Source: an uncultured candidate division Zixibacteria bacterium
GTDB lineage: Bacteria; Zixibacteria; MSB-5A5; GN15; FEB-12
Length of the DNA stretch: 64,000 nt
Assembly: GCA_963735035.1 (NCBI GenBank)
Contig: CAVTJJ010000004.1
Location: forward strand, 1,344,001 to 1,408,000
Reading direction: 5' to 3'
Shown: positions 57,268-64,000 of the stretch, piece after piece
Position numbering within the stretch: the first letter of the stretch is position 1
Layout: the number at the start of each line of letters is the position of its first letter
Made by a program: the position numbers and the translations under genes
Notes under the pieces: generated by a model
The model's database searches: none
The model's input: only the letters and a program-made list of their open reading frames with translations
What the model was told of the DNA's origin: nothing

Positions 57268-57486
57268 ATGGCCAAGGAAGAAACTATTACGGTCGAAGGT
57301 GAAGTAGTCGAACCGCTGCCAAATGCAATGTTTCGTGTGAAGTTGGATAATGGTCATATAGTGTTGGCTCATATTTCGGGCAAGATGAGGATGCATTTTA
57401 TTAAGATTCTGCCGGGTGACAAGGTGACTTTGGAACTTTCTCCGTATGATCTCTCCAGAGGCCGCATCACATACAGGTATAAGTAG
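57268..57486 (+). CDS. infA: Translation initiation factor IF-1
   Basis: [14 protein letters not shown], SGKMR, SPYDL-x-RGRI. Confidence 0.98.
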   Translation: MAKEETITVEGEVVEPLPNAMFRVKLDNGHIVLAHISGKMRMHFIKILPGDKVTLELSPYDLSRGRITYRYK

Positions 57487-57516
57487 CCGGACGGAATTAG
57501 GGCGAAAGAGGCTGCC

Positions 57517-57633
57517 ATGAAAGTACGGTCGTCAATTAAGAAGCGTTGTGAACACTGCAAGATCATCCGTCGACGTGGTGTGCTTCGCGTAATTTGTAAG
57601 AAGAACCCCAGCCACAAACAGCGGCAGGGTTAG
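57517..57633 (+). CDS. rpmJ: 50S ribosomal protein L36, not in ORF track
   Basis: Hand translation [38 protein letters not shown]. Confidence 0.96.
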   Translation: MKVRSSIKKRCEHCKIIRRRGVLRVICKKNPSHKQRQG

Positions 57634-57675
57634 GGTTGATGAAGCGGTCGGAAACGACTGATGGAGGAATGAGTT

Positions 57676-58062
57676 TTGGCTCGTATCGCCGGAGTTGATC
57701 TCCCCAAAGACAAGCGGATTGAGGTCGGTCTGCAGTACATTTACGGCGTCGGCCCGTTCATAGCGCGCCGGATTCTATCCAAGACCGGTGTAAGTCCCGA
57801 TCTTCGGGTGAACCAGTTGTCGGATGCGGACGTCGCCAAACTGCGCGCCGCGATTGAAACCGACTTCACGGTCGAAGGCGCCCTGCGGTCGGAAATCTCG
57901 ATGAATATCAAGCGCCTGATCGATATCGGCTCGTATCGCGGCCTGCGTCATCGTCGCGGCCTGCCCGTTCGCGGACAGCGCACCAAGACCAATGCCCGCA
58001 CGCGTAAAGGTCCGAGACGCTCGGTAGGCGGCCTGAAGAAGAAGGCGCCGGCGGCCAAGTAA
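57676..58062 (+). CDS. rpsM: 30S ribosomal protein S13
   Basis: [35 protein letters not shown]. Confidence 0.98.
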   Translation: MARIAGVDLPKDKRIEVGLQYIYGVGPFIARRILSKTGVSPDLRVNQLSDADVAKLRAAIETDFTVEGALRSEISMNIKRLIDIGSYRGLRHRRGLPVRGQRTKTNARTRKGPRRSVGGLKKKAPAAK

Positions 58063-58084
58063 CCGGTGAAACTGAGGTTTTAAG

Positions 58085-58474
58085 GTGTCAGAACTCAAGA
58101 AGAAAACGAAGAAGAAGGCCTCGCGGGTCGATTCCAACGGGATCGTGCACATCAAGTCCACGTTCAACAATACGATTATTACCGTGGCCGACTCAACGGG
58201 CAGGACAATTTCCTGGGGCACGGCCGGCAAGGTCGGCTTCAAGGGTTCGAAGAAATCGACTCCGTTCGCCGCCCAGATGGCTGCCAGCTCGGCCGCCAAA
58301 GAGGCGATGTCGCTCGGGTTGCGTCGGGTTGAAGTTTGGGTCAAGGGTCCCGGTTCCGGACGTGAAGCGGCCATTCGCTCGCTCGCCTCGGCCGGTCTCG
58401 AAGTGACCATGATCAGAGACGTCACGCCGATTCCGCACAACGGTTGTCGGCCGCCCAAACGGCGTCGGGTGTAA
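58085..58474 (+). CDS. rpsK: 30S ribosomal protein S11
   Basis: [29 protein letters not shown]. Confidence 0.98.
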   Translation: MSELKKKTKKKASRVDSNGIVHIKSTFNNTIITVADSTGRTISWGTAGKVGFKGSKKSTPFAAQMAASSAAKEAMSLGLRRVEVWVKGPGSGREAAIRSLASAGLEVTMIRDVTPIPHNGCRPPKRRRV

Positions 58475-58510
58475 CACATCGAAGAAGACGTTTGTAATAC
58501 TGGAGAATAG

Positions 58511-59137
58511 ATGGCTCGTTATCGTGATGCTAATTGTAAGCTGTGTCGCCGGGAAGGCGAGAAGCTGTTCCTGAAGGGCGCCCGTTGCATGGGTCAGAAG
58601 TGCGCTCTGGAACGGCGGGAATTTGCCCCCGGTCAGCACGGCCAGGGTATGCGCCGCAAAGTTTCGGCCTATGGCCAGCAGTTGCGTGAAAAACAGAAGA
58701 TCCGTCGCACCTACGGAATCCTGGAACGTCAGTTCCATAACTACTTCCTGGAAGCCTCCCGTCGGACCGGCATTACGGGCGAAGCCCTGGTGCAGTCGCT
58801 CGAACGCCGCCTCGACAATGTCGTGTACCGTCTCGGCTTTGCTCCGTCACGGAAAGCGGCCCGCCAGCTCGTGCGTCATCGTCACATCCTGGTCGACAGT
58901 CATATCGTGGATATCCCGGCTTATCAGTTGAAGGCCGGCCAGATCATCCGCGTCAAAGACAAGTCCAAACGGCTCGATATTATTCACGACGCCATGAAGA
59001 TCGGCCGCGGTGAAGAATACACCTGGCTCCGTCTAAACAAAGCAGCCCTGGAAGGTGAACTGCTGCACATCCCGAACCGCGCCGACATCCCGCTGACCGC
59101 TAATGAGCAGTTGGTCGTCGAGCTCTACTCGAAGTAG
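58511..59137 (+). CDS. rpsD: 30S ribosomal protein S4 (Cys-containing type)
   Basis: CKLCRREG, PGQHG, LERRLDNVVYRLG, VVELYSK. Confidence 0.98.
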   Translation: MARYRDANCKLCRREGEKLFLKGARCMGQKCALERREFAPGQHGQGMRRKVSAYGQQLREKQKIRRTYGILERQFHNYFLEASRRTGITGEALVQSLERRLDNVVYRLGFAPSRKAARQLVRHRHILVDSHIVDIPAYQLKAGQIIRVKDKSKRLDIIHDAMKIGRGEEYTWLRLNKAALEGELLHIPNRADIPLTANEQLVVELYSK

Positions 59138-59169
59138 TGGCGCATATCGCCCCTGGAGGTCTGAGTCGT

Positions 59170-60156
59170 ATGAAATGGAAGCCATTGACAATGCCGAAAG
59201 AAATCGTCAGCGATCAATCCTCGGCCACCGATAATTACTCCCGGTTCATCGTCGAACCGCTGGAACGTGGTTACGGGACTACCCTCGGCGCGGCGTTGCG
59301 CCGTGTCCTGTTGTCTTCAATTCAGGGTGCCGCCGTGGTGGCTATACGGATCAAGGGTGTACAGCACGAATTCTCGACTGTCCCCGGCGTATTTGAAGAC
59401 ATCACTAACATCGTTCTGAACATCAAGAGAATGATCATGGTCATGCACGGCGACGGCCGTCGCACCATGCGGCTCAAGGCCACCCAGAAGGGCATGGTTA
59501 CGGCCGGGTTGTTCGGTGGTGACACCGAAGTTCAGATTCTCAATCCTGAGATGCACATCTGCGAGCTCACCGACAATATCGATTTCGAAATGGAAATCGA
59601 CATCGAATCCGGTCGCGGCTACAGCAACGCCGAGGCCAACCAGTGGGACGAAGCTCCCGCCGGTACCGTCTTTGTCGACGCTCTTTTCTCGCCGGTCACC
59701 AAAGTTGCCTTCCAGGTAGAGAACACTCGTGTCGGTCAGAAGACCGACTACGATCGCCTCATCCTCGAAATCAACACCAACGGCGCCATCAGCCCTGAAG
59801 ATTCCCTGAGCTACGCCGGCAAGCTTTTGAAAGACCATCTCCGTCTGTTCATCCACATGGATGAAGAGGTCATGGTTGAAGAAGAGGCTCAGGAAGACGA
59901 AGAAATCGTGCGCGTTCGCAATCTGCTCCGGACCCGTGTGGACGAACTGGAGCTTTCAGTTAGATCGTCTAACTGCTTGCGGGCAGCTAACATACAGACA
60001 CTGGAAGATCTCGTTACCAAGAGCGAGGCGGAGATGCTGAAATACCGCAACTTCGGCCGCAAGTCTCTCAATGAGATTGGTCAGCTGCTCGAAAGCATGG
60101 GGCTTTCGTTCGGCATGGACATTTCCGGATATTTGGAACCACAGAAACAGATCTGA
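59170..60156 (+). CDS. rpoA: RNA polymerase alpha subunit
   Basis: EPLERGYG-x-TLG, RVGQKTDYD, LSVRSSNCL, RNFGRKSL. Confidence 0.98.
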   Translation: MKWKPLTMPKEIVSDQSSATDNYSRFIVEPLERGYGTTLGAALRRVLLSSIQGAAVVAIRIKGVQHEFSTVPGVFEDITNIVLNIKRMIMVMHGDGRRTMRLKATQKGMVTAGLFGGDTEVQILNPEMHICELTDNIDFEMEIDIESGRGYSNAEANQWDEAPAGTVFVDALFSPVTKVAFQVENTRVGQKTDYDRLILEINTNGAISPEDSLSYAGKLLKDHLRLFIHMDEEVMVEEEAQEDEEIVRVRNLLRTRVDELELSVRSSNCLRAANIQTLEDLVTKSEAEMLKYRNFGRKSLNEIGQLLESMGLSFGMDISGYLEPQKQI

Positions 60157-60170
60157 GTTGAGAGTAGACC

Positions 60171-60644
60171 ATGGGACACCGAGATAAAACCAAGAAACTG
60201 GGCATGAAGCGGCCCCACCGCATTTCTATGTTTGCGAATATGGCTATGTCGTTGGTCGAGCATCGGATGATCAAGACCACCGACGCCAAAGCCAAGGTGC
60301 TGCGCCCGATCGTGGATCGCTTGATCGTGACCGCCAAGAAAGGCACGCTGGCGTCCAAGCGCCAGGTGGCCGAGACGATTCACGTCCCGGAGATCTTCAA
60401 GAAATTCTATGCGGAAGTGGTTCCGCAGTTTGCTGACCGCCAGTCCGGATTCACGAAGATCATGAAGTTGGGTGTGCGTCGCGGTGACGGTGCGCTTGTG
60501 TCGGTAGTCGAACTGATGACTGCCAAGCCGGTGGTTGACAAGGACGCCAAGGACAAGAAGGTCGCGAAGGAAAAGAAGGCGGCCAAAGAGGTGCGTGCAG
60601 ATAAGAAGGCTGACAAGTTGAAAGCTGAGGCCTCGGCCAAGTAG
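60171..60644 (+). CDS. rplQ: 50S ribosomal protein L17 with Lys/Ala-rich tail
   Basis: IKTT-x-AKAK-x-LR, R-x-SGFT-x-I, RRGDGA. Confidence 0.96.
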   Translation: MGHRDKTKKLGMKRPHRISMFANMAMSLVEHRMIKTTDAKAKVLRPIVDRLIVTAKKGTLASKRQVAETIHVPEIFKKFYAEVVPQFADRQSGFTKIMKLGVRRGDGALVSVVELMTAKPVVDKDAKDKKVAKEKKAAKEVRADKKADKLKAEASAK

Positions 60645-60671
60645 CTTCGCACAGTAGATAGACTAGTTATG

Positions 60672-60710
60672 AAGACGGGTTCGCAGGAAGGCGAGCCCGT
60701 TTTTTTCTTT
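60672..60710 (+). terminator. Intrinsic terminator of the alpha operon
   Basis: acgggttcgc-aggaag-gcgagcccgt followed by a T run. Confidence 0.85.
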
Positions 60711-60874
60711 GTAGGGCGGGTCCGCTTCGAACCCGCCTCGGGTGGCCCACAGTCGGTGGCGGGGTGTGACGACGGTTGACAGGGCGACCTCGTATCGCTA
60801 ATATTCCTTCATGCGAATCGAGGATGCGGGGCAGCGACGACGAATCTCAACCCACCGCAAGCGGTGGGGCACCC
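60711..60874. repeat. REP-like units (family A at 60711-60737; GGTG/GTGG type at 60740 and 60851-60874)
   Basis: gtagggcgggtccgcttcgaacccgcc; cccaccgcaagcggtggggcaccc. Confidence 0.75.
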
Positions 60875-60944
60875 GGCTGCCGCTATTCATGCCGCCCTGT
60901 GGCGGCACAATTGAACGGAAATTTGAAATCAAGGAGCCAATGCC

Positions 60945-61376
60945 ATGCGACTGTCGATGATGTTTCTCTGTATGCTCCTGATAGTCGGTGTGATCGCATC
61001 CTGTTCTAGGGTATCTCCTGATGAAGTGCCCGGTACCTATGCTATGCACTCACCCTATGGGATTGAGCTGCTAAGGTTGGGAACTGACGGTCGCTATATC
61101 CAAGTCGTTCTCTTGAATACGGATTCTACGGCGATCACGCATTCCGGTAGCTGGTGGTTTTCTAACGACAGCACGTCAGTCTGTCTGTGGGACGCGTTGA
61201 TGGTCGTTGGGCTTGACGGTAAGTTGAGGAATGATGTTGCGGCTCCAGTCAAGGGATCTGTTAGTGCAGGTATCATTTCCAGATATGGGAGCACCGTTTG
61301 GCTGAGGGGGGACGAAAACTACGCATGGGAGATCTACAAAAAGATCGAATGCAATTTTGATCCTGTCGGCGGATAG
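60945..61376 (+). CDS. Small lipoprotein, hypothetical
   Basis: AAGGAG RBS; lipobox IAS-C; GTY...L-x-L-x-x-DG-x-Y...G-x-W pattern (lipocalin/NlpE-like guess). Confidence 0.7.
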   Translation: MRLSMMFLCMLLIVGVIASCSRVSPDEVPGTYAMHSPYGIELLRLGTDGRYIQVVLLNTDSTAITHSGSWWFSNDSTSVCLWDALMVVGLDGKLRNDVAAPVKGSVSAGIISRYGSTVWLRGDENYAWEIYKKIECNFDPVGG

Positions 61377-61380
61377 AATC

Positions 61381-61472
61381 GGGTAGCCCACAGCTCTGCT
61401 GTGGGTTCGATTGCGGGTTCGAAGCGGTCCGGGCCCTACAAGAGCTTCCTCCCACCCATAAGGTGGGTCACC
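61381..61472. repeat. Composite REP-like repeat, copy 1
   Basis: 61392-61443 matches 62398-62448; extra hairpin at 61451-61472. Confidence 0.8.
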
Positions 61473-61530
61473 GAGCCCTGCAATGAGACGACGCGTGTGC
61501 AAGTTGTGTGACCTGCAGAGTTGAAGTAAC

Positions 61531-62382
61531 ATGAAATCGGCAACCAACATGCTCTTGAAGCTGACTGACCGCGAAGTTTGGATTCGCGGAGAGGCGTACG
61601 CGCGTAGTCCGCAGGTTGAAATCAATGCCTTCGATGATCGGGAGATTCATGCGACTGTCCGTGGCTCGGAACTGTACCGAGTGAGCTTGAGATTCGCATC
61701 AAACGGCATCAGCCGGGACTGTGAGTGTGCCTTCTACAGGAAAGCCGGAAGCATCTGTAAACACATTGTTGCGGTTGCGATCTGCTGGGACCTGCGGCGA
61801 GGTCTGGCGGCCCCCGACTGCGACGAGGTCGAGAGAACGGCTCTCCAGCGCTCGACTGTTTCAAGACGCGACATTGACAACATCTTCAGAAAGCCGAACA
61901 AGGCTGATCTCGCTCTTGTCAGGATTCTTCCGGAGGTGACCGCTTTGGGAGGTCGTGGCAGGCTCCATAGCAATCTGCCTGAAGCGCCCAAGGCTTTATC
62001 GGACATTACTGACACTCTGACAACTTCTCAAATCAAGAAGTGCTTTTCCGAGATCCGAAGCTGGTCGCGACGCCGAGCCTATGATCCGTACTTCTGCGCA
62101 GGCGAAATGATAGCCGCGTTCTGTCAGGTCATGAGGACCGTAACACAGCACCTGGAAGTCACGCCTGTAGAGGTTTCCGCGAAAGTGCTCGTCGACGCTC
62201 AGTCGTTCCATCAAGTCCTTGTCACCGAGCTTATAGACGACAGTATGGGGCTTCGCATCGTATCAGAAGCGCAACTGGATGAAGTCTTCGCGCAGATTCG
62301 GCAGAGATGCTCCGACGACGGAGGGACCGCGCGCGTCGAGGTTCTACTTCAGGAGTACGAACGCCGCAGGGGAGAGTATTGA
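61531..62382 (+). CDS. SWIM zinc-finger domain protein
   Basis: W-x-RG-x-x-Y, A-x-V-x-GS-x-x-Y-x-V, CEC...CKHIVAV. Confidence 0.85.
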   Translation: MKSATNMLLKLTDREVWIRGEAYARSPQVEINAFDDREIHATVRGSELYRVSLRFASNGISRDCECAFYRKAGSICKHIVAVAICWDLRRGLAAPDCDEVERTALQRSTVSRRDIDNIFRKPNKADLALVRILPEVTALGGRGRLHSNLPEAPKALSDITDTLTTSQIKKCFSEIRSWSRRRAYDPYFCAGEMIAAFCQVMRTVTQHLEVTPVEVSAKVLVDAQSFHQVLVTELIDDSMGLRIVSEAQLDEVFAQIRQRCSDDGGTARVEVLLQEYERRRGEY

Positions 62383-62397
62383 AGTCCCGCAACTTAT

Positions 62398-62672
62398 AGC
62401 TCTGCTGTGGGTTCGATGGCGGGTTCGAAGCGGACCCACCCTACAAGACTAATCTTATGTAGGTCAGGCCGACTCGCGGCCTGACATCTTGCCCGTGACA
62501 AGCGGAGTCAGGCGTCAAGTCCGCCTGACCTACGAATCATAATCCCACACATAGGGTGAGCCACCTATCGGTAGAACCACCAAGGGGTTCTGCCCTACAA
62601 GACCTCACCCCACCCGCAAGCGGATGCGCCACAGCAGCCAATGAGGGGCAGACGAGGACGTCTGCCGCCCAC
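62398..62672. repeat. Composite REP-like repeat copy 2 plus mosaic REP cluster
   Basis: Units at 62418-62444, 62459-62485, 62507-62533, 62544-62565, 62570-62598, 62608-62632, 62647-62672, each with a GTAG/GTGG head on one strand. Confidence 0.78.
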
Positions 62673-62830
62673 GATGCATCTCCCACATCCACAATTTGAC
62701 TTGCGACACACCCCATCCCGGATATATACTCCTTAAGCTGGGACTTCAGTTTAGGCCCTCAAGTGGCGAAACCGAAAGCCCTTGGCAAAAACGCTACTGA
62801 TATTGCGACATTGTTTACGAGGTGACAGGA

Positions 62831-63277
62831 ATGGAAACCACTCCGCGGAAGGGATTATCCAAAGGCTGCCTGGTCGGGCTAATCGTCGGCCTGATCCTAA
62901 TCGTCCTACTGGTCGCTTTCTTCGTAATGGTCTATGTCTTTCGCGATTCCCTCGTCAAAGCGGGTGCTACCGCGAGTGTCAGCGAAGTCAAGAAAGTCCT
63001 GGCGACCGCGCCCCCGGCTGACATCGACACCGTTCAATTCAATGCGCTCGCCGATGCCTATATCGACAAGGTCAATCTGGATACAGCCGTTGAGTTCGAG
63101 CCGTTGGCCGTGTTCGTGCAGCAGATGACAGGCGCGGTCAAGGACCGGCAGCTTACGAGAGAAGAGGTCATGACAGCGGCGGCTGCCATGATCAGTCGTT
63201 ACCCGGATCTGGAGCAGTACTGGGTGACGAAGAAAGAAGAATCCGCCCCAACTCAGGACACTCTCGGCGGCAAGTAG
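62831..63277 (+). CDS. Membrane-anchored hypothetical protein
   Basis: KGLSKGCLVG followed by a single TM helix and a helical soluble domain. Confidence 0.7.
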   Translation: METTPRKGLSKGCLVGLIVGLILIVLLVAFFVMVYVFRDSLVKAGATASVSEVKKVLATAPPADIDTVQFNALADAYIDKVNLDTAVEFEPLAVFVQQMTGAVKDRQLTREEVMTAAAAMISRYPDLEQYWVTKKEESAPTQDTLGGK

Positions 63278-63331
63278 TTTCTCAGCCCGGCCCAGGCCGA
63301 GAATGATTGAGCCGCCGATTTTGCTATCGGC

Positions 63332-63976
63332 ATGATTACGATCCTTACTGCCATAGTAGTCGCTTACCTGATCGGCAGTATCCCGTCCGGTCTGTTGATC
63401 GCGCGACTTTTCGGCGTGAAGGATATCCGTGACACCGGCTCGGGGAATATCGGCGCTACCAATGTACTGCGTTCACTGGGGATGAAGGCCGCCATCTGGG
63501 TGTACGTTTGCGACATCGGCAAAGGCGCACTGACCGTATTCCTGGCGCCGTTGATGGGGCAGAACCTTCTGCAGCCGGAACTCTATTACGTGCTCGTCGG
63601 TCTTGCGACCATTTTGGGTCACGTGTTCCCGGTGTATCTCCACTTCAAAGGTGGCAAGGGAGTCGCGACGACTTTCGGAGTGTTGTTGGTCTTACTTCCA
63701 TGGGAAACGATTCTGGCCGGTCTGGTCTTCCTGGCCGTGGTCCAGTGGACCAAGTACGTTTCATTGGCCTCAATTGCGGCCGGACTTACTTTCCCGATAG
63801 CCGTGACGGTCGAGCGAACTCTTCTGGGGGAAGAAGTCTCTACCATCCTTTGGATTCTGACCATAATAGTAGGGTTGATGGTTCCGATCACACACATCTC
63901 GAACATCAAGCGCCTGATTGCCGGTACCGAGCACCGGTTCAGCCGGTCGTCCGGAGACAAGGGACGCCATGTCTGA
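63332..63976 (+). CDS. plsY: Glycerol-3-phosphate acyltransferase PlsY
   Basis: YLIGSIP, GSGNIGATN, GH-x-FP...FKGGKGVAT, H-x-SNI-x-RL-x-x-GTE. Confidence 0.96.
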   Translation: MITILTAIVVAYLIGSIPSGLLIARLFGVKDIRDTGSGNIGATNVLRSLGMKAAIWVYVCDIGKGALTVFLAPLMGQNLLQPELYYVLVGLATILGHVFPVYLHFKGGKGVATTFGVLLVLLPWETILAGLVFLAVVQWTKYVSLASIAAGLTFPIAVTVERTLLGEEVSTILWILTIIVGLMVPITHISNIKRLIAGTEHRFSRSSGDKGRHV

Positions 63977-64000
63977 TCGCGTGACTATTCTCGGCGCGGG
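63969..64000 (+). CDS. gpsA: Start of probable NAD(P)H-dependent glycerol-3-phosphate dehydrogenase (truncated by window)
   Basis: MSDRVTILGA(G) Rossmann-like start overlapping the plsY stop; common plsY-gpsA order. Confidence 0.6.
   Translation, partial: MSDRVTILGA

Noticed and set aside
61400..62444. GGTTCGA motifs resembling tRNA T-loops
   Set aside because: No cloverleaf can be formed; they belong to the REP-like repeat
60711..62672. Possible CRISPR array or integron
   Set aside because: Repeats are not regularly spaced with unique spacers; no cas or intI gene; no RYYYAAC/GTTRRRY attC boxes seen

Overview
Core chromosomal segment of a GC-rich diderm bacterium. The Cys-Cys-initiated dockerin-like C-terminus at 18.6-18.9 kb suggests candidate phylum Zixibacteria or an FCB relative (inference). 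Order: end of a PilQ-type secretin, an Ig-repeat lipoprotein, acyl-CoA ligase/yjbQ/mtnA, a SprT-like protease, rplM-rpsI-rpsB-tsf-pyrH-frr, uppS-cdsA-UbiA-family-NlpC/P60-uvrC, xseAB-ispA-dxs-nadK, tRNA-Gly, a two-lipoprotein insert, then tRNA-Thr-tuf-rpmG-tRNA-Trp-secE-nusG-rplKAJL-rpoBC, the complete str/S10/spc/alpha ribosomal superoperon, a small accessory block, plsY and the start of gpsA. The most unusual observation is that rplV (uL22) carries an in-frame, diverged second copy of a uS19 domain at its N-terminus plus a histone-H1-like tail, directly after an intact rpsS. Other highlights: accessory genes bracketed by inverted GTAG/GTGG REP-like palindromes at two loci, a structured fusA leader, RpoB H526N, and a repeated leaderless-promoter geometry. 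Indels in rpsB, dxs and probably rplF look like sequencing or assembly errors. No CRISPR array, rRNA gene, integrase or transposase was seen.
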